A stretch of 64,000 bases of DNA, taken from Macrostomum lignano. Lineage: Eukaryota. Below, piece after piece: positions 1-34,600 of the stretch. The position numbers were made by a program, and so were the translations under genes. The stretch's first letter is position 1; every line of letters begins with the position of its first letter. The DNA lies in the NCBI GenBank assembly GCA_002269645.1, contig NIVC01001087.1:124001-188000 (forward strand). Reading direction: 5' to 3'. Below the pieces are notes generated by a model that saw only the letters and a program-made list of their open reading frames with translations, was not told the origin of the DNA and searched no databases.

Positions 1-189
1 GGTGCATCACAGCTGCAAAATATACTGGCTACAGTGAAACGTTAAACTACGATCGTGCGGAATGTAAAATGTCTTGAAATGGAAAAAATGACTGACATTG
101 TTAGCGATTTTTACTACCTTTTATGCTTCGATGAAAATTGTTAAACGGTTAAGAGAAGGAAACTACAACAACACTCGTTGCACGATTAC

Positions 190-520
190 GATTTCGGACT
201 TTATGTAAATGGGGAGATCGGTAACCGGAGATCCTAAACCAAACCTTAGTTATTGCACTCGTGACGGAGATCGGCAAACGGTGTAGAATCTCCGAGGGGA
301 TAACAGAATCTGGTTTTGGATCTCCGGATAGGGAGACCTGACCATGCCCCGGAGATCCCACAACGGTTACGGATCTCCGATCGTGGAGATCCCTAACCGT
401 TTGTATTCTCCGAAGGAGATCCTAAACCCTTTAAGATCTCCGGTCGGAGATCCCAGCCCGTTTGCAGTCTCCGGATCGGCGACCCAAAACTGACCAGAGC
501 CCCGGAGTTTCTAAACCGTA
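190..520. repeat. Degenerate tandem repeat of short GATCTCC/GGAGATC hairpin units
   Basis: Recurrent motifs ggagatcc(c)taaacc and gatctcc-n(3-5)-ggagatc, e.g. ggatctccgatcgtggagatccc and agatctccggtcggagatccc. Confidence 0.5.
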
Positions 521-995
521 ATACCGGGGTTAGGCCCTCTTTCGTTTTCCGGCCCGCGCTCTCTCTCCCCCTCGCTCCGCCACAGTTCTAAGCCATGCCT
601 CTGCCAAGTCTCAGTCGCGCCACCGCCATCGCCACTTCTCGATCACGCCACCACTACCGTTTGTACAGGGTTCTCGCTACGAGTACCGCCACCATTCGAT
701 CACTGCCATCACATCATCGCCATTGCCTCAGGCTCTCAACTCGCTCTATCATCTATCTTATTGTTGCGCAGCCGCCCAGTGCATTCCTTACGGATTCAGC
801 AAAATACTCAGGCCCATCTCTATTAACAACCCAGACGGAATTGATAACTAACGAGCCTAACTATCCACGCATACGGGTACAATAAATGAGAACTGCGGCA
901 ATCGCCCGCATCATTCGTCACTATCATCGAGTACTACCGCTACCAAATTTGCCTCTGTTGTATTCGCCTTCGTCATTTGATCCCGAGTCTGCCAT

Positions 996-1800
996 TTAAT
1001 CGTCACAACACGCTCTGCCCTGGATCGTGTTGAGCAAATCTGCATGGCTTTTGACCTGGGTAGCGCTAACCCAGACAACCGAGGCGTACGTAATGGCAGG
1101 TCTAACTACGGAAGTGTAGATCCACCAAAGCCGCTTTGGGGATAGACCCCAAGAAGTGCCTAGTGCTCGTCGGAGCTGGGCCAGGATGGCTGAGGCACGC
1201 TTGGCTTTTGCTTTCATGTGGAAGGACCAGTTGAGCCGGTGGTCAAGTATGACCCCGAGCCATCTGGTCTGGTGCGCGAAGGCAATATCTCTGCCGTATA
1301 ACTGCAGAGGTCGTATGTTCCAGCGTATTCTGCTGGTGAACATAATGGCAAAAAGTTTTGGGCTCAGAGAGTTCCAGACCGTTGTCGTTAGCCCAGGATT
1401 CTGCTTTGCGGATAAAGCTCTGCATCAGATCCCTGAGCGTGCTGGGGAACGGCCCAGACACAATGGCAGTGACGTCGTCTGCATACCCGACTTTGAAGAC
1501 GGGATCAGGTCATGGGTTGCCCAGGAGAGCGTCCATGACCAGTTTCCAGAGCGTCGGGGTAAGGACTCCGCCTTGGGGTCCACCCTTACAGACTCTGGCG
1601 GAGGCAGTTTGCCCAAGAAGTTGGGCAGTGAGCGTACGGTTAGAGATCATGTACATGATCCACCGTATGAGGGTAGCGTGAGCTTTGCGGTTTTGAAGGG
1701 CCCTCTGAAACGCTTCAAAGACAACGTTGTCAAAGGCGCCAACAATGTGGAGAAAAAGAACCAAGCGTCTTCTCAATCTTCAAACTACTTAAGGGAGGCC
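996..1800 (-). mobile_element. Decayed non-LTR retrotransposon reverse-transcriptase fragment (R1/LOA-like)
   Basis: Three minus-strand frames in order: IVGAFDNV...KGGPQGGVLTPTLW (1510-1776), GYADD (tatgcagacgac at 1474-1485), then WLGVILDHRLNW...WGLSPKRLWWIYTSVVRPAITYASVVW (996-1343). Two frameshifts separate the motifs. The clade call is from motif resemblance only. Confidence 0.9.
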
Positions 1801-1989
1801 TTAAGTACGATCTCAATTAAAGGTGACAGTTGACTCGCAACCAGCGATGGATCCCTAACCCTGGCTTTGTCATCTCCAGGGACGTACTCACCAAGGAGAG
1901 TCTTGCGTGCTGTTTCCCTGTCAGAATTTTAGCCTAGCCTACAATCCGATCAGTGATCCCAAATATATTTTATTTATTGATTACACCTT

Positions 1990-2235
1990 CCCTGATGTGG
2001 AGATCAGCCGCAGCTATTGCGTGGCGCATCTAAAGGCTTCGGACGGCTGTTCAGTCCAAGGACTGGGGGTCGCCACACACACCCTCAATCACCCCAGCTA
2101 ATGCTGGCACCCATTTACAGTTCGGTGAGCTGAAGCAATGCAGAGTTAAGTGTCTTGCTCAATTACACAAATTCACTCCAGTGGGTCAAAAATCGAACCT
2201 CTGACCTTTCAGTCCAACCAATATTCTACAACCCT
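1990..2235 (-). mobile_element. tRNA-derived SINE with MIR/CORE-like domain, copy 1 (head degraded)
   Basis: Homologous to 23250-23872 and 50858-51125. The minus strand reads gagcaagacacttaactctgcattgcttcagctcaccgaactgtaaatgggtgccagc, which resembles the CORE-SINE central domain. Confidence 0.75.
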
Positions 2236-3009
2236 CTCTTATTTAGTCTCAAATCGACTAAAATCTGTTGAAGCCTCGTGGGGGCGATATAGTAGACAAA
2301 ATACGAGCGTACATATGAACCTTTTGACTTGTTACAAATAATAACAAAACAAAGTCTTGGTCTGATTACGAACCTGGGCACCATGAATCGCAGCATCTCT
2401 GTATAGCCTCTTCGCGGGCATCGCGGATAGCCAATCCGCCGCAAACTGATCTCTCTGCTCAGGATGCACCAAGCCATGATGCAGCATAGACCGAAGTTTA
2501 TAGCCATCCGCCAGGCCAGCAGGAACAACTGAAAAACCGGCGGTTTAAATTCCACATCGTTTTTTTTGTGCCGTCCGTGTCGCCGTTGCAGCTGGACACC
2601 TGAATTTGACGAACTGAATCGCCACCGAACAGCAGTAGAAGAAAAACTACAAAAACTAAGTGCAGGCTCGTTCGATCACGGTAAAGTTCATTATAAAGGC
2701 GTTTCTTCTTTAATTCATGGTGCCGAGTAAATGGACTGTCTTCGTGAGGTATAAAAGGGTTACTGATTACTAGTGATTACTATATACTAATTACTAATGT
2801 AATACCAACATGTCCACACCACATGTTCACAGGGCTAATCTTAAAATCAATGGGATAGGAAAAGTTTCTTGACACTTGAGAATCCTCCTCTGTACTAACG
2901 TTGCTTCCAATGACTTTTATAGAAGAATATTTATTTCATGAGAACTCTGAAAACCAATGCCCGGATTGCACAGAAAATCACTAACCTGCACTCCTTGCGA
3001 AACCACTGA

Positions 3010-3567
3010 CTAAGTAAAGAGTCTGCATGGGTCTCGGAAGACACCCTGCTGTTGGAGCGTCTCCAGCGATCGTTTGCCTCTGCCGAACCTGTCAACCAGC
3101 AACAGTAGCGGCGATACGGCGCTTCTCTCGCCGAAATCGTACAGGCTGAGATCGATTCGACGCACGCTCTGAGCTGAATCGATCCAGCGTTCGAGAGCCG
3201 GCGCGATGCCGCACCGAGTGACTGCGTTGAACACGTCGGGCCTGCCCAGATAGACGAGCAGTTCGCAGGGTAGCAATCCAATGCCGCACGGTTGACGCGT
3301 CATCCGACGCAGTTCGACAGCAGTGAAAACCTCGTTGCGCAGGTGGACAAACAATTTGATTGCGTCTGGCACAGTTTGCGATGCTACGCCGAGGCAGTAC
3401 GCGTGCAGGCAGTTCAGGCCGTCTTCCTCGACATCGCTAACGTCGTACCCAGCCGATCGAAGATTCCGCGTCATCAGAGAGCTGCAACGACAGGCGCGGA
3501 GGTAGAATGACATCAGCAACGGGTTAGTTGGCTGCGGCAATGGCGAAACTGTATCGTCATTCTCCAC
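3010..3567 (-). CDS. Intronless 185-aa ORF with a possible ankyrin-like motif; unknown function
   Basis: GC-rich ATG-initiated ORF in non-repetitive sequence. GYDVSDVEEDGLNCLHAYC resembles an ankyrin repeat (GxdvnxxdxxGxTxLH). Confidence 0.5.
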   Translation of the reverse strand: MENDDTVSPLPQPTNPLLMSFYLRACRCSSLMTRNLRSAGYDVSDVEEDGLNCLHAYCLGVASQTVPDAIKLFVHLRNEVFTAVELRRMTRQPCGIGLLPCELLVYLGRPDVFNAVTRCGIAPALERWIDSAQSVRRIDLSLYDFGERSAVSPLLLLVDRFGRGKRSLETLQQQGVFRDPCRLFT

Positions 3568-5216
3568 TGCGTCACAGTCACCCAGCTTATGTGCCGCCGC
3601 TGGCTGTCGACTGCTCCCGGCCGAGGCGTCGACTCAACGCAAGCAACTGATCAACTCTGTCCACGGCCAGGTCGAGCAGGAATTCGACGCGGCTGGCGTC
3701 GTCAGGGAAAAATGGCCCTCCCATTGAGACTTCGTTGCTCCTGCCGAAGGACATTGTCGTACGTAGCTGGCTTGTTGGCCTAGGCAGACGCAGTCACTAG
3801 TTGATTGCGATGTAGAATATGCAATATAGTCGCGAGGTGCAACGATCTACCGCTTCCAGAGACTTCCAATTCTGAGCTTTTCGGCTGCGAACGAGGGGCG
3901 GTCAAAAAGTTATGCAAGTGGCTTCATTAAAATTTTCAGGCAGAATTAGTGTACAAATTTAGTGACCGCATTCCTTCAAATAAGGTATTTACCAGTGTTC
4001 AGAAAATATCCATTTTCTACTTTTCCATCAATATAGCTGTGGGGGACATTTGCTGAGTTTCTTGAGTCCTTAAATTATATGTATAGTACGCAACCTGCTT
4101 TTATATCTTCCAGTCGTCCATGCAGCTTTGACTGCATCTTATTCGATCAAATCTTGGTAGAGTCTAATAGCGAATACTTGATATTAACATATACGACGAC
4201 TAATCGACTGTTTCCCCTCAGCGCGTTTTTGGTATTTGGATAAAGATTTCCAGAGGCTTCTTGTTTGGTTAGAGCACCTAAGGGTTAATTTAGACGATAA
4301 GCAAACCTTTGAACAGATGAATAGGTAGGGAAGTCATGTACATGTACATGTATTGCAACCAACTTTTTTGCCAAGCGTTTTACTCGTATGGTCATGGACA
4401 CAGCAGACACAGTAAAGACCAAAGACCTATGTGCGTATTCAGTGGTGACAGAGTCGGACACGAAAATCAGCTTGCATAGACACTTGATTGGGTCCACCTG
4501 CTGTATTTACTCAAGCAAATAGATCGAGAGAGTGGGTAAAACAGAAGCTGTAAATTGCATATGGCTTTATTGACTTTTGATCAGAGATAACTAGAAATTG
4601 CGCCCGTAAACCTTATCTTACCCTCCTTATTAAACAGCAAATTTTATTATACAGGCATGATGCAAGGACCACTGTATATAGCTATATACAATGGTCCTTG
4701 GCGTGATGTTTGATTTGTAGCTGTGAATGTTTGGTAAATATAAACGTATGCATTAGTATCGTTTTTAGTTTACCTTGAATTCATATTGAATTCAAGTACG
4801 GTATGAATTCAAGTACGGTATATCCAATGAAAGCGTATTCATAGTACGGATTTGGATTTAAAAATGGATACCATTTATGGCAGCATTTTAAAAAGTAATT
4901 TCACTTTTGTGAGCGAAATTTGCAATGTCCATTTTTTACTGAAATAATCCGGAGTTAAACTTTTACTGTTTAACAAATGCAAAACTGCAAATTATTTTTA
5001 TTCGTAGGAAAGCTAACGAGAAACAAGAATGCACAAGTAATTTTTTCTGTCAATGCTTTTATTTTATAATTGCAGTAAATGCAGTAGTACTAGTCCGTTT
5101 ATTTTTACTAGTTACATCTTTTTTAAATAAATAATATATTTTTAATTTTTAACGATCAATTCTAAACTATTAGCACGTGTCGTCGGGAAAATAAGCTACA
5201 CGAATGTACTTGAAGC

Positions 5217-27231
<22,015 letters not shown>

Positions 27232-28697
27232 GATTGATAAGTGATAAATTTTCGCTGACAATGTTGTATTTCAAACTTCTGAACGTTTTATGGCCAAGCG
27301 GTACATATAAGAGGCTTTTTATTTAAATCGGTAAGTCTGTGAGGGAGGGTATGGTGATAATTAATAAGTCGGTGTCTTTATAGTCTACTTGCTGTTATTG
27401 GCCTTTGAAGCATGGAATATTGTTTGAAGTTTAAAAAACCGATTAACCTGCACTGCTTGGAAAAGTTGATTAATTAAAAATTCATATTTGAAATCTTACT
27501 ATTCAGCTTGAATATCATAGCTAACTATTTATTAGAAGCTACTGTATCTACTCTTATTTTTGTTGTTATTTGAATTAATTCATAAGTACGTAAATACTTG
27601 AAGTAAATAAAACAAAGTTGGCACCACTTTATAATTTTGCTTTTTATTTTTTACGGTACATATTGCGACCGTATGTTGCTATATATTTGATTGTATTAGT
27701 GGTACACTTAGAAATTTTAAGCGTATGTTTTGTGTCTTTTATTTATATTGCGGTTATATTGCAACGATGCAATGTATTTATACGAGCGTAGATGTCTTAA
27801 ATACTTTTAATAATTTTCTTAAAGTTGATGGTGGCATCCGCTTTCTTATATTTAAAACGCAAAAAGCTTGCTTTCGCACGTTGATGTTTCCACATTTAAT
27901 CCGGAGTGTTTTTTTTATTTGCGTGCTCTAGAAATTTATTAAAACAAATTTATTACAGCAACAGTAGCCTTTGTTGGCTTACAATTAACTCTCTTTTCTT
28001 TTTTCAATTTAATGATTTCCTTACTTATAGTAAAATTCCCTGTTTTAATCCTTGCCAATATCCCAAAATCTCAGAGTTCCAGTATGTTTATTGTTTATTT
28101 GCCTACTTATTGTACTAAATATTAATACCACCACAAAGGTCTGTTTGTAAACTTCTGACAAAATCAATGCACTCAAAACTTTAAACGTCGTGAAATTTTA
28201 TTTTGTTACTTTTTTAAACCGCGATTGGACTACTTGTGTGGTGGGCTAGAAAGGGAAGAAAGAGAGAAGAGGAAATAGGAGCTGGGAGATAAGAGATGAG
28301 GGATGAGATAAGAGGAAAGATATAATGGAGAAGAGAGAAGAGAACTGAGAAGATGCAAACATTGAGCGGGTCGGATTGCTATTGTAAAGCTTCAAAGAAC
28401 TCGAGGGCTTCAAAGTTTCAAAGAATTATTATTAATAATTTCAGTTATATTCACGAATCCAGGTAGAATTAATCGAATATAATATTAATCTAATAAAAGT
28501 AATAATTGACTACAAATTGTAAATCGTCCCATTTTCCGACTCTCGACGCAGTTACTCGATAGTTTATCGAGGAAGTTTAAACGCGAAAAAACACTATCCT
28601 AAGATAAATATATGTCAAATAAGTATACTTCTCTTTGTTTAGTTTACTTCAATTATCGTTGATGCTTTAAGAATGAAGAGTGACTCATGCTGGGAGA

Positions 28698-31600
28698 TCA
28701 CAGAGCGAACAGTCGCTGGAACCATGACTGATTGTACCTGATCACATCAAAGTTCGGGTCGTCCGTGCTTTTGAATCCACCGCCAGAATTCGCTATCGCG
28801 ACAGGCTGGTTGTCCGGTATCTGCTGCTTAGAAGGCAGATCCGATTCTACAATTGGATTCGAGTAGATATCTCTGGGCGGCTCATAGTGACTGCAGCAGC
28901 TGTTTTCAGAGCTGATGGTCGCGTCTGAAGCTTTGCGACTGTTAAGCACGCTGGATACGGTTGAGCAAGGATGAATCCTGTTGTTATTGTTGCTACCTTT
29001 GGCATTTCTAGTTCGCCGAATGTTCCATTTTACCAGACTGTAATAGGTGACTTGGACCATTAGCTCGATAACCTCGATTAGGGTAATGATGGATACACCG
29101 ATCCACAGTCCTGTAAAGGCAAGCGTGCCGCACTTTAAGTCATAGACATGCTTGTACGCTCGTATCTGATGAATTTTGTCCCTCAAAGGTTGGGTCGGTT
29201 TGAGCGATTCTAGGTTTGCTGGTAACTCTCACTTCATGCTCTAGAGGTTTAGGTGACAGATCTAGACAGAAATCAGCTTGGAAGTCTTGACAACTACAGT
29301 TGTTTCTAAGTTATGCTCTGTGTACGCAGTAGTGTTCAAGTAGTCTATGTGCTACAGAGAACATTCTCAAAAGCTCTCTCGATGTCGACAAACTTCCTGC
29401 AAGCAAATTGCTCGCTTAGGATGGCGCTTTTTGGAACTCTCGATTTTGGAACTAACGGCAAGGAGAACGGACCTCAGGGAGATGTGCATAGTCCTACCGG
29501 CCATGGATTCTTCCATAGATATATCTCGTTGCGAACCGGTTACCCCATCATCTTCTATGGCATTGGAGAGGAGACTGCGGAGAATACTTCGATAAGGTGC
29601 GGCACAAACACCTCGGCCACGCCCAAAGGATGGACGAGTGACCACCCAAGACAACATCCGCGATCTTCGCGCCTTCGTCCGAGATACAGGCCGGATGAAG
29701 GTCGTCATGCCTCCTTTGCAATCCTGCCGACTACTGGCTGGGACTGCGGGGACTAAGGGGACTAAGGGGTTCAAACTTGGTTTCTTTCACCTTGGGGTTG
29801 CGAGATGAGTCTAATCGTGGCGCCTGCGCCCCCGCCGCCTGTAGTAGTAACTAAGTAAGCTGTCTATATGACATGGTTATGATCTACCTACTCACCAAAA
29901 ATGCCGCCTAAATCTGAGAAAAGGTTCCTGAGCGGGTAGGCCCAGTCTTCACGGGATACGGTGGCCCGAATCGATCTTGGATAGAGGTCGACCACCGTGA
30001 ACTGGTGCTGGCTGAGCCTCTGCGCCAGCTCGTCGTATACGCGCTGCAATCTTGACACAGTTAAATTATCCTCTCTAACCAGTTGTATCAGTCTGTTTAG
30101 GTAGGCCTTCAGCACCTGTTCGTTAGTATCCCAGTTTGAGTTGACGGAGGGCCAGGCGGCCAGCGTAGTGACCACATTGTGCTCAGTAGAGAGACAGCGA
30201 TGTTTACAGTCGGTTGACAGACCCGAAGTCCTCTGTCTCTCGTGGACTCGTTTGTAGCAAGTGAAGCGACGAGCAATTTCTTCATAGATAGGTCTCTGCT
30301 CAACCAGGTAGTCGGACAGTGGGAAGTACACCCAGCTCGAATTGGTAATAGTGTAGAAAACTGTCGACAAGTTGTCGGACTCGAAATATACATCACGATA
30401 GAAAAACTGCAGTCAAATGATAGTGTTGGTAGGAACGTCAAATTGATTTCTTGCAGCATTGTTATTTTTGATAACTATTCACTGGTTTAATCTGCCATGC
30501 CTTAACATGTACCTCCTCAGGCAGCTGATGCCTCTCTCTAGCCCTGACAACCCAGCTAGTCAGTCTGCTGATGTCCCTCTCTATCCCTGACAACCCACTT
30601 CCTCATGCACCTGATGTCTCTCTCTATCCGTGACAACCCACCTCCTCAGGCAGCTAATGTCTCTCTATCCCTGACAACCCACTTCCTCATGCACCCGATG
30701 TCTCTCTCTATCCCTGACAACCCACTTCCTCATGCACCTGATGTCTCTCTCTATCCGTGACAACCCACCTCCTCAGGCAGCTAATGTCTCTCTATCCCTG
30801 ACAACCCACTTCCTCATGCACCCGATGTCTCTCTCTATCCCTGACAACCCACTTCCTCATGCACCTGATGTCTCTCTCTATCCGTGACAACCCACCTCCT
30901 CAGGCAGCTAATGTCTCTCTATCCCTGACAACCCACTTCCTCATGCACCCGATGTCTCTCTCTATCCCTGACAACCCACTTCCTCATGCACCTGATGTCT
31001 CTCTCTATCCGTGACAACCCACCTCCTCAGGCAGCTAATGTCTCTCTATCCCTGACAACCCACTTCCTCATGCACCCGATGTCTCTCTCTATCCCTGACA
31101 ACCCACTTCCTCATGCACCTGATGTCTCTCTCTATCCGTGACAACCCACCTCCTCATGCACCTGATGTCTCTCTCTATCCGTGACAACCCACCTCCTCAG
31201 GCAGCTGATGTCTCTCTCTATCCCTGACAACCCACTTCCTCATGCACCTGATGTCTCTCTCTATCCGCGACAACCCACCTCCTCAGGCAGCTGATGGCAG
31301 GGAGGCCAAACCGTCAGCATGTCAGCTGGCAAGGCCAGATGGGTGCCCAAACATCCGCAGGTTTCAGCAAACTCCTTCTGCTTAGCTCGAATGATGCAAT
31401 CCTGCAGAGTGCCAAAAAACGTGACGTTCTCAAAGTCGCCAGGTCTGGAATAGTCCCAGGTGTAGGTGGCGTTGGGCAGCTTCTCACAGCACGGCGAAGG
31501 CACTCGGTCAATGTTGTAATCGATGCTGGATTGCAGTTGAGCCGAAGTTTTGTAGCCCAGTGGCGCGTTAAACGAATAGCTGAAGTCAGGCTTTTCACCT

Positions 31601-34600
31601 ACATTTATTTATTGGAAAGATGTTGCTAATACGCTCGAAGCAGGAAGTAGTAGCTAGTGATTCTTAGACAATAAATTAAAGTTTGCCTCTTTAACCGAGT
31701 GCAGTAATATCAGTTCACCTGGCTCATGCAGCACCACTTTGAAGCCATTCATCGAATCCAGCAGTTGTTCGTTGGTTAAAAATGCGGTTGCATTGCTGTG
31801 CAATAGCAGGTAAAGTCCGTTGCCTTCGCCCGGTTGAACTACAGTGCGATTGACCGGACTGAAGGTCAGGCAGATAAACCTGCAGTAAGGTCGTTTTTGC
31901 TACCAAACTAATTCGAAATTTTGGTTTTTGCTCGTACGTACGCTCGTATACTCAGCAACACTGAAAAGTCGCCACTCTATGCGCCAGTGAGCAATTTCTC
32001 TAGGACTATTCTGAAAAAAAAGACACGAGAAAACTGATCGGGGTAGTTTTAATCCGTCCAACCCTCGCACGCCGCTCCGCCGACTTCATTCCTCAACTCA
32101 AGTCTGCCGCAGCGTAACTAGGTTGTGTCACTCGCAAAGATTGAGAGACTTTTCTGGCACTCTCAAAGTGACAACCATGCACAGACGGAATCTTCTGTGA
32201 TAGCGACTTCGATGTTGCCGAGTATATATTGTCTTATTTAAATGATGCCACAAACACTGTGCAGCTATAAAAAATAGAGAAAGAATTTAATAGACAGTAA
32301 TAATACGAGAATTGCAGAGTCAATAGACTGGAAGTTAAGCTGAGTTGACTGTGACTAGCATGCAGTTGCAACGCTTGTGTCACACAGATTGGTGATGCAA
32401 ATTGTATCACCCACCAGTTCAGACGAGAACCGTGGGCGTGTTTTTAATTGCGTCACTTGGGGCTGATATCTGAGAAAAAAATTGACCAAAAATGACCACT
32501 AGTAACTGGTTTCAGTAAGGAAACTAACATTTTGCTTAGTGTATGTCAGGAAATTAAAAAGAAAACCCAATTCACCGCAACACCAGTTAGCAGTGATAAA
32601 GTAGGGTTGGGATTGGGATGGGGTAAGATACAACTGGAGCGGAGGAGGGGCAAACCGTCAAATAAAAAATCGATAACCCTAAGAAAGCCGCTCTCTTTAT
32701 CAGTCGATAATGGGAGCCAGTATTGCAGTGATAAAGTAGGGTTCGGATTGGGTAAGACAGCTGTGGGGGAGGAGGGGCAGAATATCAAATAAAAAATCGA
32801 TAGCCCAAGAAACCCGCTCGCTCAGTCAGTGGGACTGTCCTGAGCCAATAAGCAGTGATAAAGTACGGTTAGGATAGGGTAAGACAACTGTGGGGGAGGA
32901 GGGCAGACAGACTATCAAATAAAAAAATCGATAGTCCTAAGAAACCCGCTCGCTCAGTCAGTGGGACTGTCCTGAGCCAGTAAGCAGTGATAAAATGTGA
33001 TTAAGGGCATGGAAAGGAAATAAATAAGTGGGGTTGAGAGACGGACTAAAAAAAATCGATAAACCCAAAACAAACCACCACGGTCAGCCAGTCGTTACTA
33101 ATAGACAGGCCGATTAAAAAGAAGTGTCCCTCACATCTCTAAATAGTGGCAGGAATTTTGATGCATGTACAAGAGGTTAAAAAGCAGATCAGCAAGTAAG
33201 TGTGCAAGAGTATAGTCACTGTCAAATGAGATATGCATGTACATTGTTGGAACTAGGAATACCCACTAAGCTATACTTGAATTTTGAAATAATAAAAAAT
33301 AAAACGGCACAGTTTAAAGTTCAATTTTATAATCAAATTGGGGTAATTTGGGCTTAAATTTACTTTTCATTCCGAAATTAAGATGGTCATTATTACGTGC
33401 AGGTACAATATGGTGCTTGAAATCGCAGCTGACAGATTCTGCAATGCTCGTATTAAAGATCAATTAATGTAAGATCGGCAAGATAAACAGTTTAAGTTCC
33501 ATTGCAGGCAGTTGGCGCGGGTTCAATTTAAGACTTTCCTAGAAACGCCGGCTCTCCTCCGGAAGCGCCGGCAGCAGTTTCCCGGAAAGGTGGCCCTCAG
33601 CGGCGGCCCGCAGCAGCCGCAGCGCCTGCCGAACGTCGTGGTGACTCACCTGAGCAGGCAGCCGTCGGATTCGAATGACTTCGTCGTCGCCTTCCTGACT
33701 GACCAGCAGCTGCAGTCTGTCGGCGAACCGGGCCTCCAGTCGGACAGTCGCCGAGGTCAAGTCGAAGCTGCTCTGTCGCCGAACGAGGCCTAACTGGATG
33801 AAGCGGATGGCGGCGGGGTCGTCCTCGCTGTTGAACAGCGCGCTGATCTGCTTCAGTGCGCCGTCAGCTGTCGCTGTCACGGCCGCTTCGATCACGGCGA
33901 CTCTGAGAGGCCCGGCGAGAGACTTCGGCAGCCCGAGCGAGCGGGTGAACACGGAGGCGAAGGCGGTTGCCATGGATACTGGGATGCGGCGCAGAGTCTG
34001 GATGGTAGCGGAAATGGCCAGGCGGTCGAATCCGGTTCTGACCAGCTCCACCAGCGTGGCGTTGCCGCCGTCCTCCGAGGTTGCAGCCGTTGGGCCTGCG
34101 GTCGTCGAAACCTCCAGCTGCAGTTCTTCCACCATCTCCGGTGCCTCGGGAGCATCGCTGGCGACCTCCTCGGCGGATCGGCGGCTGCGCAGCATGCCGG
34201 AGCTGGCGGCCACCCGACTTGCCGCGGCAGCGATGGCGAAGTGCCTCAACCCAGCCTCCACCTGCCGCAGCTCCTCGGCCGTGAGGCCCCGCGGCACTTG
34301 CTGCGTCCAGGAGCGGCACCGTCTGATCAACCACCGGCGCTTGCAGCTTCGCATCGGCACAGGCGTTGTCTTGGCAACCAGCTGGGCGGTGGCGACGCTG
34401 TGCACGATGCCGAACTCCACGCTGACATCGTCGAGGCGCCGGCCAGCCCCGACGAAGGTCTCGTAGTGGCCACGGCCGACCAGGGCGCTCACGGTGAAAG
34501 AGAACGTGTGGAAGGAGACGGAGCGAGCGAAGGCCAGGGCAGCCAGGCGGTTCGCCACCTCCTGAGGCAGTCCGCGAGACCTGATGGCCTGCTGCAACTC

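Noticed and set aside
1156-1833. 225-aa plus-strand ORF
   Set aside because: Antisense shadow of the LINE reverse-transcriptase fragment.
3890-3925. Mariner-like terminal motif cgaggggcggtcaaaaagttatgc
   Set aside because: No matching opposite end or transposase sequence was found nearby.
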